64,000 nucleotides of DNA from Marinilabiliales bacterium (GCA_007695015.1 REEN01000055.1:13788-77787), one strand, 5' to 3'. Counted from the stretch's first letter, positions 19,973-30,648 are shown. Notes: a model not told the origin generated them from the letters alone. Translations and numbers: made by a program.

Positions 19973-21487
19973 TCAGAAAGGAGGCTGGTCATTGTCGATG
20001 TCAATGTCCCTGTTTGAGCTGAACCCCTTTGAGAACTCGCTGTTTTCATTCATTTTTGATCCCAGTGTGACCGATGCATCATCCTCTGCTATAGGTTGCA
20101 GATCATCTTCAAGCTCTGTAAAGCTTGCTGATTCTGCATTGAACTTCAGTTTTACATCACCAATCGGTCCGTTCCTGTGTTTGGCAATTAGGATCTCGGC
20201 GATCCCTATGTTGGAATTTCCTTCGTCGTCTTCAAGAAAACCATAATATTCAGGTCTGTGGATAAACAAAACCATGTCGGCATCCTGCTCGATTGCTCCC
20301 GATTCCCTGAGGTCTGAAAGCTGAGGGCGCTTGGTGCCCCCCCTTGTTTCAACCGCCCTGTTTAACTGTGAGAGAGCAATAACAGGAACATCCAGTTCTT
20401 TGGAAATCGCCTTAAGAGACCGCGAGATGGTTGATACCTCCTGTTCCCGGTTACCCCTGGTTTCGACTGTTCCTGTCATAAGCTGGAGGTAGTCAATGAT
20501 TATGAGCTCTATGTTGTGCTGTCTCTTCAGTCTCCTGCATTTTGCCCGCAGTTCATAGATTGATATGGCGGGGGTGTCGTCGATAAAGACAGGTGCATCA
20601 ACAAGATTTTTAATCTTGATCTCAAGCTGTTCCCATTCATAGTCGTGCAGTTTGCCGTTCCTTATACGGTCTGAGGGTAGTTTGGTCTCACTTACTATAA
20701 GCCTGTTTACGAGCTGTATGGATGCCATCTCAAGAGAAAAAACAGCCACCGGTCTCTTATGCTCAACAGCTATATTCCTTGTCATTGAGAGGACAAAGGC
20801 TGTCTTACCCATGGAAGGTCTGGCAGCTATTATCACCAGATCTGATTTCTGCCATCCTGATGTTATACGGTCGATCTTTGTGAAGCCGCTCGGTATTCCG
20901 CTCAGATGATCCTCTCTCTTGCCCGATTCTTCGATCTGGTTTATCGCCTCTTTTATGAGAACGTTTATCCTGACAGTCTCTTTTTTTATGTTCCCCTCTG
21001 CTATATTGAAGAGCTCGGTCTCTGAATAGTCCAGCAGATCATCAACATCGGAGCCCTCGTCATATGATCGGTTCTGAATCTCAGATGATATCCTGATAAG
21101 TTCGCGCTGGATGAACTTCTGTGCTATAATGCGGGCATGGTATTCAATATGTGCTGCCGATGATACCCGGCTGGTTAGCTGGGTAATGTAAAATGCACCT
21201 CCGACAGCTTCAAGTTGTTTTTGCTTTTTCAACTCCTCTGTCACTGTCAGTATGTCTATCGGTTTTTCCTCCAGTGACAAACTCATTATAGCTGTGTAAA
21301 TCTTCTGGTGCGCCTCTTTGTAAAAGCTTTCCGGCTTAAGAAGGTCAAGCACTGCAATTAGGGCATCCTTCTCAAGCATTATTGCCCCGAGAACGGTTTC
21401 TTCCAACTCAATAGCCTGGGGAGGGATCTTGCCGTAATCCTGGGCTGGCTGTATCCTTGCAAAGCTGCTTTTAACTGGTTTTTCCAT
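19973..21487 (-). CDS. dnaB: replicative DNA helicase
   Basis: N-terminal PPQAIELEETVLGAIMLE, Walker A ARPSMGKTAF, IIDYLQLM, SQLNRAVE. I prefer the ATG at 21487 (MEKPVK...); the track start at 21517 is TTG. Confidence 0.95.
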   Translation of the reverse strand: MEKPVKSSFARIQPAQDYGKIPPQAIELEETVLGAIMLEKDALIAVLDLLKPESFYKEAHQKIYTAIMSLSLEEKPIDILTVTEELKKQKQLEAVGGAFYITQLTSRVSSAAHIEYHARIIAQKFIQRELIRISSEIQNRSYDEGSDVDDLLDYSETELFNIAEGNIKKETVRINVLIKEAINQIEESGKREDHLSGIPSGFTKIDRITSGWQKSDLVIIAARPSMGKTAFVLSMTRNIAVEHKRPVAVFSLEMASIQLVNRLIVSETKLPSDRIRNGKLHDYEWEQLEIKIKNLVDAPVFIDDTPAISIYELRAKCRRLKRQHNIELIIIDYLQLMTGTVETRGNREQEVSTISRSLKAISKELDVPVIALSQLNRAVETRGGTKRPQLSDLRESGAIEQDADMVLFIHRPEYYGFLEDDEGNSNIGIAEILIAKHRNGPIGDVKLKFNAESASFTELEDDLQPIAEDDASVTLGSKMNENSEFSKGFSSNRDIDIDNDQPPF

Positions 21488-21615
21488 TATATTTGTTTTC
21501 TGTTCCGGCAGCTTCAAAATTAATTAATAACCCGGGCCTTCCGAAAAAGAACCCGGTTTCTTTTTAAACAACCGGGTGTTGAAAAATATGTGTAAATTGT
21601 TTAAAAAAGCAGGTA

Positions 21616-22443
21616 ATGATAGTTTTTTCCAACGCCAAGATAAATATAGGGTTGCATATCACCGCAAAAAGGGATGACGGTTATCATAACATTGAAACAT
21701 TGTTTTACCCTGTAAGACTTGCTGATATAATTGAGATACTGCCTGTTAAAGGCAAAGGAGACCATCTGCTTGTAAATACCGGCGACACTGTCGACGCTGA
21801 CCCTTCCCGGAACTTATGTATAAAAGCTCTTGATGCTCTGGATGGTTTGATTGAAACCCGCAGGCTGAAGATACATCTTCACAAGCTGGTACCGCAGGGT
21901 GCCGGATTGGGCGGCGGATCATCCAATGCTGCCTTTGTCCTTATGGCTGCAAACAGGATTCTTGAGGGAGGCCTGGATAGGTCCGTTATGGCATCCGTCG
22001 CAGGGAGTATAGGCAGTGACTGCCCGTTTTTTATCCATAACCGGCCCCTGTTCGCTCATGGTCGCGGTGACCAGTTTGAACCCTCCGGGATATCTCTTGC
22101 AGGATACATTATAGTTATCGTTTTCCCGGGTATTCGCGTAAATACTGCCTGGGCATATGCCATGGTTAAACCTGAAAAAAATAAGTGCCAGCTTAGAGAG
22201 GTCCTGTCGGATGGCCCTGAAACATGGAGAGGAAGGGTTATCAATGATTTTGAGCTGCCGGTATTCAGGGCGCATCCTGAAATCGGGAAAGTCAAAAGAG
22301 TTCTTGAAGATTCCGGGGCCCTTTATGCTTCATTGACCGGGAGCGGGGGGGCTGTATACGGGATATTTTCTGAAAAAAGCAATACCCGCAAAATCATCGG
22401 AAAATTTGCGGGTATGTTTGTTTGGAGCGGGGCTCTTGATTAA
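21616..22443 (+). CDS. ispE: 4-(cytidine 5'-diphospho)-2-C-methyl-D-erythritol kinase
   Basis: NAKINIGLHI start and GHMP-kinase motif PQGAGLGGGSSNAA. 275 aa. Confidence 0.9.
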   Translation: MIVFSNAKINIGLHITAKRDDGYHNIETLFYPVRLADIIEILPVKGKGDHLLVNTGDTVDADPSRNLCIKALDALDGLIETRRLKIHLHKLVPQGAGLGGGSSNAAFVLMAANRILEGGLDRSVMASVAGSIGSDCPFFIHNRPLFAHGRGDQFEPSGISLAGYIIVIVFPGIRVNTAWAYAMVKPEKNKCQLREVLSDGPETWRGRVINDFELPVFRAHPEIGKVKRVLEDSGALYASLTGSGGAVYGIFSEKSNTRKIIGKFAGMFVWSGALD

Positions 22444-22449
22444 GCCTGT

Positions 22450-22827
22450 TCAGGTGTCATTTCCGGAGGCTGTGGCAGAAGTTCCCGTCCCGTATCCCAG
22501 CTCAACCAAAATCTTTCCTTTAGGGACTCTTGCTCCCTCATCCATGTTTATAGCCTCAACAATACCTTCAATGGGGCTTTTGATCAGATTTTGCATTTTC
22601 ATGGCCTCGAGGATAAAAAGGGTTTCCCCTTTTTTAACACACTGTCCCTTTTTGACCAGTATCTTCACTACTGTACCCGGGATAAAAGAATATATCTTGT
22701 TTTTCTCGGGTTTTGCCCATGCAGATCTGGCTTCATATTTTCGGTGCAGTGTCGTCCGGTATTTGGTGCCGTCAATCACCAGTGACCTGCACCTTATTTT
22801 TTTATCTTCACAATCATTTTTATTCAT
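22450..22827 (-). CDS. biotin carboxyl carrier (biotinyl-domain) protein
   Basis: C-terminal biotinyl domain with the attachment motif LEAMKMQN. 125 aa. Confidence 0.85.
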   Translation of the reverse strand: MNKNDCEDKKIRCRSLVIDGTKYRTTLHRKYEARSAWAKPEKNKIYSFIPGTVVKILVKKGQCVKKGETLFILEAMKMQNLIKSPIEGIVEAINMDEGARVPKGKILVELGYGTGTSATASGNDT

Positions 22828-22937
22828 CTAGTTCAGGTTATGGTTCCGGTCAGGGCCGGATACCTGTTTAAACACTATGCCTGACAGACCTGGTTATATC
22901 CTGATTGTTTTTAGCCTGCCGGTTTTCCTGACCGTTG

Positions 22938-24482
22938 TCAGAACGGGGGTATTCCATGCTTCTTACTTGGCAGGAAAACGGACTTGTTGCCTGAAACCTC
23001 GATTGCATGGAGGAGCAGCTGCCTGGTCTCTTCGGGTTCAATTACCGAATCTACGTATCCTCTCGCTGCTGCTACATAAGGGTTAGCAAACTTTTCCTTG
23101 TACTCTTTGACTTTTTGTTTTCGGGTCTTGTCAGGATCTTTGGATTCCATTATCTCCTTCCTGAAAATAATGTTTGCTGCCCCTTCTGGCCCCATAACAG
23201 CAATCTCGGCAGTTGGCCATGCAAATACGAAGTCCGCTCTCAGATGCCTTGAACTCATTGCTATGTAACCACCGCCATAGGCTTTTCTCAGGATTACGGT
23301 CATTTTTGCGACAGTTGCTTCGCTGTATGCATAAAGCACCTTGGCTCCATGCCGGATGACTCCCATGTGTTCCTGGTCTATGCCGGGAAGGTAACCGGGC
23401 AGGTCGACGAGTGTTATGATGGGGATATTGAAGGCATTGCAGAATCGTATAAATCTTGCTGCCTTGTCGGAGGAATCCACATCCAGAACTCCTGCAAGTA
23501 CTAGTGGCTGGTTGGCCACAAACCCAATTGTGTCGCCGTTCATCCTGCCAAAACCTATCACCATATTGGAGGCCCACATCTCCTGGATTTCGAAAAAGTC
23601 GCTATCATCAACGATAGCCCTTATAACGTCCCTTACATCATAAGGCTGCTTGGGATCGCCCGGGACAATATCAGAGATCCTGTATTCCGGTTTAGGCTCC
23701 TTTGGTTCAAACCTGGCTGCCTTTTTTGTGTTGTTCCAGGGTATGAAAGAAATAAGTTTTTTTATCTGGTCGAAACATTCTGCCTCACTTTTTGCAAAAA
23801 AGTGAGCATTTCCGGTAATTTCACTGTGCACCCTTGCTCCTCCGAGATCCTCCATTGATATCTCCTCACCAAGTACCGTTTTAATAACCTCAGGTCCTGT
23901 AATGAACATCTTGGATATCTTGTCAACAACGAATACAAAATCAGTAAGGGCAGGGGAGTAAACTGCTCCACCGGCACATGGTCCCAGTATTACAGATATC
24001 TGGGGGATGACCCCGGATGACAGTGTGTTCCTGAAAAATATTTCGCCATAGCCTGCCAGGGAATTTACACCTTCCTGAATTCTGGCACCACCCGAGTCAT
24101 TTATACCTATAAGGGGGACCTTCATCTTCAGCGCATGATCCATTATTTTGGTTATCTTCCGGGCATGCATCATGCCAAGCGACCCTCCTGCTACCGTGAA
24201 ATCCTGGGCAAAAAGGCACACCGGGGCACCGTAAATAGTGCCGGTTCCGATGATAACCCCATCACCGTGAAGAATCTTCTTATCCATGTCGAAATCCCTG
24301 GCTTCATGCTCGACAAAAAGATCGTATTCATGAAATGAATCAGGATCGCACAGAGAAATTATGCGTTCGCGGGCAGTCATCTTTCCCATGGCTGTCTGCT
24401 TTTCAATTGCCTTGTCTCCACCGCCTTTCAGCACTTCTTCCCGCTTCTTGTGCAATTCAAGGATCTTTCTTTTTAATCCCAT
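22938..24482 (-). CDS. acyl-CoA carboxyltransferase (propionyl-/methylmalonyl-CoA carboxylase beta-type subunit)
   Basis: 514 aa with two crotonase-like halves: FAQDFTVAGGSLG, INDSGGARIQEG, GPCAGGAVYSPALTD, AYGGGYIAM. Confidence 0.9.
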   Translation of the reverse strand: MGLKRKILELHKKREEVLKGGGDKAIEKQTAMGKMTARERIISLCDPDSFHEYDLFVEHEARDFDMDKKILHGDGVIIGTGTIYGAPVCLFAQDFTVAGGSLGMMHARKITKIMDHALKMKVPLIGINDSGGARIQEGVNSLAGYGEIFFRNTLSSGVIPQISVILGPCAGGAVYSPALTDFVFVVDKISKMFITGPEVIKTVLGEEISMEDLGGARVHSEITGNAHFFAKSEAECFDQIKKLISFIPWNNTKKAARFEPKEPKPEYRISDIVPGDPKQPYDVRDVIRAIVDDSDFFEIQEMWASNMVIGFGRMNGDTIGFVANQPLVLAGVLDVDSSDKAARFIRFCNAFNIPIITLVDLPGYLPGIDQEHMGVIRHGAKVLYAYSEATVAKMTVILRKAYGGGYIAMSSRHLRADFVFAWPTAEIAVMGPEGAANIIFRKEIMESKDPDKTRKQKVKEYKEKFANPYVAAARGYVDSVIEPEETRQLLLHAIEVSGNKSVFLPSKKHGIPPF

Positions 24483-24748
24483 ATACAGTTAGTTTTGTTG
24501 ATAAAGTATAACATCCGGTTGCGGAAATTACAACGGGCCTGCTCAAAAATTCGAATACAACATTACAAAATCATAATTTATAAAAAAAATTTTCATGTAC
24601 GAATATTTGCAAATTAGTAACTGTCCTTTAACACAAAATCGTTTACATTAAAAGGTTAAGAAGGCATCACATGTGGTGTTCACTTACTGAGTATGCACAA
24701 AATATTTTTTATGGTTGCTCATCTGTTTATGTTTTGTGCCGGGTTGAA

Positions 24749-25843
24749 TCATTTTGGGGCAAGCCTGTATATTATGTAAGCGATAACTGCATAAACTACA
24801 TTTGGTATCCATACTGCCACAAAGGGGCTGAGCGGTCCGATTACCGAGAACATAGTGCTGAACCTCATGAACAGGATATATGAAAAGCTCAGGAGCAATC
24901 CCAGGCCAATGTGCAGCCCTATCCCTTCTCTCATTTTCCTTGAAGACAATGACATTCCAATAAGGGTCAGAATAAATGTTGAGAACGGGAAAGATATACG
25001 GCTGTGCCTCTCGACAAGGTAAAAATCAATATTGTCGGCCCCCTGCATTCGCTGATGCTCAATAAATTCATCAAGTTCTCTGAGGTTCATTGTCTCGACA
25101 ATTTTTTCGCTCCTGCCGAATTCCGAAGGGTGGACATTAAGGATTGTGTCTTTTCTGATACCCCGCTCAATTTTTTGTTCCTCTTCTTCAAAGTTTCTGA
25201 TCATGTATTGCCTGAGTGTCCATTTATGTGTTGTGGTATCGTAACTGGCGTAATCAGACGTTGTTTTGGAGACAAGCCTGTTGCCGTCAAATTTCTCAAT
25301 GGAAAAATGGTAGGCGATATTTGACGTCCTGCTGAAGTTTGAGAAATAAATATAAACCCCCGGCTCAATCTGTTTGTGCACATCCCTCAGGTTAGTCGTG
25401 GTCGGCCGCCTGCGATAGTACCTCTCTTCAAATTCCAGTCTTTTTTCATTTGACCGGGGCAGCACCATGTCGCTCATCACAAATGCAAACAGGGCGATTA
25501 TGAATGCCGAGACAAAGTAGGGCCTGAGGAGGCGCCTGAAACTTACCCCGCTGCTCAGTATAGCAATGATCTCGGTATTATAGGCCATTTTGGAGGTAAA
25601 GTAAATTACCGAGATAAAGGTGAACAGGGGGCTGAAGAGTATAGCGAAGTAGGGGATGAAGTTGAGATAGTAGTCGAATACGACAGCTCTCCAGGGTGCT
25701 TCACGTTCCATGAAATTATCCAGTTTCTCGGCCAGATCGAAGATTACTGCTATGCTGACAATCAGCAGTATAGAGTAAAAGAAAGTTCCCAGAAACTTCC
25801 CTATTATATAACGGTCGAGTATTTTTAACCTGTATTTGTTCAT
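24749..25843 (-). CDS. LptF/LptG-family (YjgP/YjgQ) LPS export permease, short form
   Basis: ILDRYIIGKFLGTFFYSILLIVSIAVIFD N-terminus and six predicted TM segments. ATGA overlap with the tgt stop. Confidence 0.85.
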   Translation of the reverse strand: MNKYRLKILDRYIIGKFLGTFFYSILLIVSIAVIFDLAEKLDNFMEREAPWRAVVFDYYLNFIPYFAILFSPLFTFISVIYFTSKMAYNTEIIAILSSGVSFRRLLRPYFVSAFIIALFAFVMSDMVLPRSNEKRLEFEERYYRRRPTTTNLRDVHKQIEPGVYIYFSNFSRTSNIAYHFSIEKFDGNRLVSKTTSDYASYDTTTHKWTLRQYMIRNFEEEEQKIERGIRKDTILNVHPSEFGRSEKIVETMNLRELDEFIEHQRMQGADNIDFYLVERHSRISFPFSTFILTLIGMSLSSRKMREGIGLHIGLGLLLSFSYILFMRFSTMFSVIGPLSPFVAVWIPNVVYAVIAYIIYRLAPK

Positions 25844-26970
25844 AGCTTTCCTGATAGGACAGGTATGACCGAGTTTTTCCAGTCCCTGTAAGTACCTGCT
25901 TCAATTTCTGCCCTGGCCCGCCTCATGAGCCACATGTAAAACTCCAGGTTGTGTATACTGGCAATGACCGGGCCGAGCATCTCGCCCGAAACGATTAAAT
26001 GACGTAAATAGGCCCTGGAATATTGTGTTCCTGTTTCACTTGTGCCTCCGGCATCAATTGGCCTAAAGTCATCTTTCCATTTCCGGTTTTTAATATTTAT
26101 GATACCTTCAGAAGTGAAGATTGTGCCATTACGGCCGTTTCGGGTGGGCATGACACAATCAAACATATCAATGCCCAGCGCGACGCATTCCAGGATATTA
26201 GCCGGGGTGCCTACTCCCATCAGGTACCGTGGCTTATCCCGGGGCAGCACCCTGTTTACTTCCTCAACCATCTCATACATAACATCGGCAGGTTCGCCGA
26301 CCGATAATCCTCCGATGGCATTGCCGGCAGCGTTCATACTGCTTATGTATTCAGCGGATTCTTTTCGCAGGTCGCTGTAAACGCTTCCCTGTACAATCGG
26401 AAAAAAATATTGTTCACAACCATACAGGGCACTGGTACCGGCAAATCTTTTCCAGCCCCTGTCAAGCCAGCTGTGGGTAAGCTCGGCTGACCTGGCTGCA
26501 TAATCATAATCACACGGCCAGGGGGTACATTCATCAAATGCCATAATAATATCTGCTCCTATGGTTCTCTGAATATCGACAACATTTTCAGGGGTGAATG
26601 TATGCTCCGAACCGTCAATGTGTGATCTGAAAACTGCTCCTTCTTTGGAAAGTCTGCGATTATCAGCAAGTGAGAAAACCTGGTATCCGCCGCTGTCAGT
26701 AAGCATTGGCTTTTCCCAACCGGTAAACCTGTGAATGCCGCCGGCACTTCCTATGGTTTCAAGTCCGGGTCGCAGGTACAGATGATAGGTGTTCGCAAGT
26801 ATGATCTCTGCCTTGATCCTGTGTTCAAGCTCATACCTGGAAACACCTTTCACACTGCCTGCAGTCCCCACAGGCATAAATACCGGCGTCTGAATCTTTC
26901 CCCGGCCTGTTGTCAAAATACCTGTCCTTGCTTCGGAATTCCTGTCAGTTGACCTGAGCTTAAAAAACAT
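25840..26970 (-). CDS. tgt: tRNA-guanine transglycosylase (queuine insertion)
   Basis: TPVFMPVGT, LTDSGGYQVFSL, GLSVGE and FDCVMPTRNGRNG motifs. I prefer the ATG at 26970 (MFFKLRSTD...) to the track start at 27015. Confidence 0.95.
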   Translation of the reverse strand: MFFKLRSTDRNSEARTGILTTGRGKIQTPVFMPVGTAGSVKGVSRYELEHRIKAEIILANTYHLYLRPGLETIGSAGGIHRFTGWEKPMLTDSGGYQVFSLADNRRLSKEGAVFRSHIDGSEHTFTPENVVDIQRTIGADIIMAFDECTPWPCDYDYAARSAELTHSWLDRGWKRFAGTSALYGCEQYFFPIVQGSVYSDLRKESAEYISSMNAAGNAIGGLSVGEPADVMYEMVEEVNRVLPRDKPRYLMGVGTPANILECVALGIDMFDCVMPTRNGRNGTIFTSEGIINIKNRKWKDDFRPIDAGGTSETGTQYSRAYLRHLIVSGEMLGPVIASIHNLEFYMWLMRRARAEIEAGTYRDWKNSVIPVLSGKL

Positions 26971-27216
26971 TATTAACCAAGAGTTTGTCGTTAATAGAAG
27001 CCGCCATATGTTCATCCCTGCCGGTTCTGCCCTGGTATTGGGGAAGGGTGTTCCCGGAAATGCCTGGCAAAGATAAACAAATCAGACAATATTTGATGTG
27101 GCGGACTGCTTCCCAGGCTCAACATGGGTTCAGCCTGAGTTCAACCAATTATTGCCGGTTAATTTGATTAAGTACAAAATGTTTAATAAAATTGCACATC
27201 CTTATAATTATCAGCT

Positions 27217-28359
27217 GTGGACTTTTACTTTGATCAGACCGGATTTATCTGGTATATATGTGCAGGTGTTTTTCTCTTTTCGTTTCTTACAGGGGTTTTT
27301 TATTACCTTTTTTTCTATTCCCGGCTTCTTTTTTACCGGAAAAATAGCGTATTGCCTCCTCCGGGAGAACCGGTTTCTGTTGTGATATGTGCAAGGGATG
27401 AGGCACGGAACCTGGAGAAAAACCTCCCGCTGATACTCGGACAGGATTATCCGGAATATGAAGTGATCGTAGTTGATGATGCTTCAGATGACGATACAGC
27501 TGAGGTTCTTGAAATGATGAGCAGGAAGTACAGCAATCTCAGGACCACGCGCATCAGGAAGGATCCGCGCTTCAGGCAGGGCAAGAAACTGGCGGTTACT
27601 ATCGGGTTGAAGGCGGCAAAGAATGAATGGGTTCTTCTGACCGATGCAGATTGTTATCCGGCCAGTCCCCTCTGGTTATCAATGATGCAGAGACATTTTG
27701 TCTCGCAGAATGATATAGTTCTCGGTTATGGCGGGTACGCCAGGAAAAAAGGGTTACTGGACAAAATGGTAAGGTATGATACTTCCTTCATTGCATTGCA
27801 ATACCTGTCATTTGCACTTGCAGGCATTCCCTACATGGGCGTTGGCAGGAACCTTGCATACAGGAGATCGGTGTTTTTTCGCAACAAGGGGTTTGCCTCC
27901 CACCTGGGAATTGAGTCCGGTGATGACGACCTGTTTGTTAATGAAGTTGCAAGTAAGGAAAATACAGCTATTGAGATCTCTCACCTGTCGAATACCATTT
28001 CAGAGCAGCCGGCTGGTTGGAATGAGTGGATCAGGCAGAAACGCCGGCACCTTACAACCGGTTTCCACTACCGGATGGGCACAAAATTTTTGCTTGGACT
28101 GGAAATATCGGGCAGGTTCCTTTTTTATTTATCATTTATTCTGCTGCTGACCATGTTTACGCCTTCATGGCCATTGGCTGCAGGCCTGTTTGCAACAAGG
28201 ATGATAATTATGTTGGTAGTGTTCGGGATAGCAGCAAATCGTTTGAATGAAAAAAAATTATTATTATTTTCGCCTATATTTGACATGGTGATAATTCTTA
28301 TTAATATTTTCTGTGTTACCGCAAATTTGATCACTCAAAAACAGCGCAGATGGAGGTAA
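27217..28359 (+). CDS. glycosyltransferase family 2 with N- and C-terminal TM segments
   Basis: VSVVICARDEARNLEKNLP, VVDDASDDDT and LTDADC (DXD) motifs. GTG start as in the track; there is no in-frame ATG near the N-terminus. Confidence 0.8.
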   Translation: MDFYFDQTGFIWYICAGVFLFSFLTGVFYYLFFYSRLLFYRKNSVLPPPGEPVSVVICARDEARNLEKNLPLILGQDYPEYEVIVVDDASDDDTAEVLEMMSRKYSNLRTTRIRKDPRFRQGKKLAVTIGLKAAKNEWVLLTDADCYPASPLWLSMMQRHFVSQNDIVLGYGGYARKKGLLDKMVRYDTSFIALQYLSFALAGIPYMGVGRNLAYRRSVFFRNKGFASHLGIESGDDDLFVNEVASKENTAIEISHLSNTISEQPAGWNEWIRQKRRHLTTGFHYRMGTKFLLGLEISGRFLFYLSFILLLTMFTPSWPLAAGLFATRMIIMLVVFGIAANRLNEKKLLLFSPIFDMVIILINIFCVTANLITQKQRRWR

Positions 28360-28949
28360 GTCCAAATCTTTCTGAAAAGGCCCGCCATGATTATGATTTG
28401 GTTCTGAAGGCGAAGAATGGAGATCAGAAGGCCTACGCAGAGTTACTTGGACGTTACCGGGATGCCATCTATTTCATGCTTTTAAAGATGGTCAATAATC
28501 CGAGTGATGCGGAAGATCTTACAATTGAGGCATTTGGAAAGGCATTCAAGAGCATAGAGCAATATGCTCCCAATTTTGCTTTCAGTACCTGGCTTTTTAA
28601 GATTGCTACGAATAACTGTATTGATTATATGCGCAAGAAGAAAAGCGCACCGCTGTCAATTGAAACACATGGTGATGACCAGGATGATCCTTCCCACAAT
28701 ATTCAATGTGAGAGACTGGATCCTGAGGAGACCATGATCAATCATCAGAAGATGAAACTGATGGTAGATATTGTATCCAAACTCAAACCAAGATACCGCA
28801 AGTTGATTGAGTTAAGGTATTTCAAGGAATATTCCTATGAAGAGATAGCCCAGGAACTTGATCTTCCTCTTGGCACAGTCAAGGCACAGCTTTTCAGGGC
28901 CAGAGATCTGCTTTTCAATGTATTGAACAACGTCTCCCATAAATTCTGA
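28350..28949 (+). CDS. RNA polymerase sigma-70 family factor (ECF-like)
   Basis: Region 2: YRDAIYFMLLKMV, FSTWLFKIATNNCIDYMRKKK. Region 4: YSYEEIAQELDLPLGTVKAQLFRAR. Overlaps the GT2 stop by 10 bp. Confidence 0.88.
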   Translation: MEVSPNLSEKARHDYDLVLKAKNGDQKAYAELLGRYRDAIYFMLLKMVNNPSDAEDLTIEAFGKAFKSIEQYAPNFAFSTWLFKIATNNCIDYMRKKKSAPLSIETHGDDQDDPSHNIQCERLDPEETMINHQKMKLMVDIVSKLKPRYRKLIELRYFKEYSYEEIAQELDLPLGTVKAQLFRARDLLFNVLNNVSHKF

Positions 28950-28953
28950 TATA

Positions 28954-29595
28954 TTGGGTACTCAGGTTCTGGCTCGTTATTTTCCCGGTCTTGGCGGCAT
29001 TACCCTTGACAGGTTCAAGCTGCTTGAGAGTTTGTATGTATATTGGAATTCACGGATCAATGTTATCTCAAGGAAAGATATATCCAATCTTTACATCAAT
29101 CACGTACTGCATTCACTTAGTCTTGCAAAGGTGATAAATTTCAGTGACGGAGAGGCCCTTCTGGATATCGGTACCGGAGGCGGCTTTCCCGGCATACCTC
29201 TTGCTGTAATGTTTCCGCATGTTGATTTTACACTGGTTGATTCTACACGTAAGAAAATAAGGGTGGTTGAAAGTGTTGCCCGTGAGCTGGGCCTTGATAA
29301 TGTCAGACCGGTCCACACCAGGGCTGAGGAACTGAAGGGACAGTTTAATTACGTGGTGAGCCGGGCAGTATGTCTTTTCCCTGTTTTGGTAAGTCTGTCT
29401 TCCGGCAGGTTGAACCGGTATTCGCCTTCCTCTTTTCACGGCATATACAGCCTTAAAGGTGGTGATGTTGACAGTGAGGTGGAAGTGTGGAAGGAGAAGG
29501 TCAGAATATTTGATATTTCCGATCTTTTTGCAGAAGACTTTTTCCTGACCAAAAAGATAGTCTTTTTACCAGCGGCCGAACTTAAATGCGAATAA
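28954..29595 (+). CDS. rsmG: 16S rRNA (guanine527-N7)-methyltransferase
   Basis: WNSRINVISRKDI and the SAM-binding motif LLDIGTGGGFPGIPLA. TTG start as in the track. Confidence 0.88.
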   Translation: MGTQVLARYFPGLGGITLDRFKLLESLYVYWNSRINVISRKDISNLYINHVLHSLSLAKVINFSDGEALLDIGTGGGFPGIPLAVMFPHVDFTLVDSTRKKIRVVESVARELGLDNVRPVHTRAEELKGQFNYVVSRAVCLFPVLVSLSSGRLNRYSPSSFHGIYSLKGGDVDSEVEVWKEKVRIFDISDLFAEDFFLTKKIVFLPAAELKCE

Positions 29596-29727
29596 GCGCT
29601 TTTGCCCTGAGTATGTTGTGCTGACTGACGGAATCGGGTCAGTATCCCGGATGCCGGACTGAATTCAATCTTTAGAGTTGAAAGCTATCAGGCGTTTCAG
29701 ACCTGAGGACCATGGAAGTTTCTATCA

Positions 29728-30648
29728 TCAGTCCAGCAGTTTGTAGCTTACAAACGCAAACCTTTGACTGTCGGGCGACCAGGAGGGTACGTTGATGGTG
29801 CCTTGTCCGCCGAAAAGTTCCGTAAGGGTTACAGGTTCTCCTCCTTCAGCTGGCATAAGCCTCAACCATACGTTTTTGTTCGCAGGGTGCCCCTCAACAT
29901 CCTTGTCATACGAAAGAAGTGCAATATGTTTCCCATCAGGCGAAGGATGGGGGAACCAGTCATTGTAGCCGTCAAATGTCATTTGTGTGGGATTGCTTCC
30001 GTCACGCTCCATTCTCCATATCTGCATCACTCCGCTTCTGTCGGAATTGAACCAGATATATTTGCCACAGGGGCTGTAATCCGGTCCGTCCTCATGGGAG
30101 GCGGTATTGGTGAGTTGTATCTCAGGTCCACCCTTTACAGGTATCACGTAAATGTCATACTGACCGTTTCTGAGTGCACAATATGCAAGTTCCAGTCCGT
30201 CAGGAGACCAACCGTGGAGGTAGGAGGGCCCTTTGTCTGTTATCCTGACCGGCTCTCCGCCGTTAATATTTACAATGTAGATTATAGATGCCCCGCCATC
30301 TTCGGCGCTGTGATGGCTGATCGCCATATGTGTGCCGCCCGGGGAGACAACGTGGTCATTGTTGTTCCGGTTTGCGAAACCGGTATCAATCCTGACCGGT
30401 TCTCCACCCCCGACAGGGATCCTGTATATATATCCGCCACTGTTGAAGTAGAGCGTGGTGCCGTCAGGCGACCAGTTTGGGGCCTCAAAATGGCTGGTGT
30501 CTGACCATACGACATCCCGTTCCCCTGTTTTAATATCAATGATCTCGAGGAAACTGACAATGCCCCTGCTGCCTGGAGACTGTGCCCCGGCAGGTTTTAG
30601 TATTGCAGGCATCAGCAAGACTGCAAGCATGATCATATTTGTTCTCAT
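29728..30648 (-). CDS. secreted TolB-like (PD40) beta-propeller protein
   Basis: Signal peptide [16 protein letters not shown]. Five spaced SPDG-type blades: [55 protein letters not shown]. Confidence 0.8.
   Translation of the reverse strand: MRTNMIMLAVLLMPAILKPAGAQSPGSRGIVSFLEIIDIKTGERDVVWSDTSHFEAPNWSPDGTTLYFNSGGYIYRIPVGGGEPVRIDTGFANRNNNDHVVSPGGTHMAISHHSAEDGGASIIYIVNINGGEPVRITDKGPSYLHGWSPDGLELAYCALRNGQYDIYVIPVKGGPEIQLTNTASHEDGPDYSPCGKYIWFNSDRSGVMQIWRMERDGSNPTQMTFDGYNDWFPHPSPDGKHIALLSYDKDVEGHPANKNVWLRLMPAEGGEPVTLTELFGGQGTINVPSWSPDSQRFAFVSYKLLD

Noticed and set aside
22842-22864. GGTCAGGGCCGGA resembles the GGUCAGGUCCGGAAGGAAGCAGC core of SRP (4.5S) RNA.
   Set aside because: The GGAAGGAAGCAGC part of the conserved motif is missing, and no extended helix 8-like pairing is present. 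It is better explained as a small intercistronic hairpin.
22877-23086. A 69-aa plus-strand ORF with a TM-like segment (GYILIVFSLPVFLTVV) that starts in the carboxyltransferase-BCCP gap. I considered it as an OadG/MmdD-like small membrane subunit.
   Set aside because: It is on the opposite strand to the operon, and two thirds of it is antisense to the carboxyltransferase 3' end. The operon strand of the gap has stops in all three frames.
29764-30504. A 246-aa ORF on the plus strand, the longest unexplained ORF in the track.
   Set aside because: It is fully antisense to the TolB-like propeller gene, whose five regularly spaced SPDG blades clearly mark the real frame. The antisense translation has no motifs and an odd composition.
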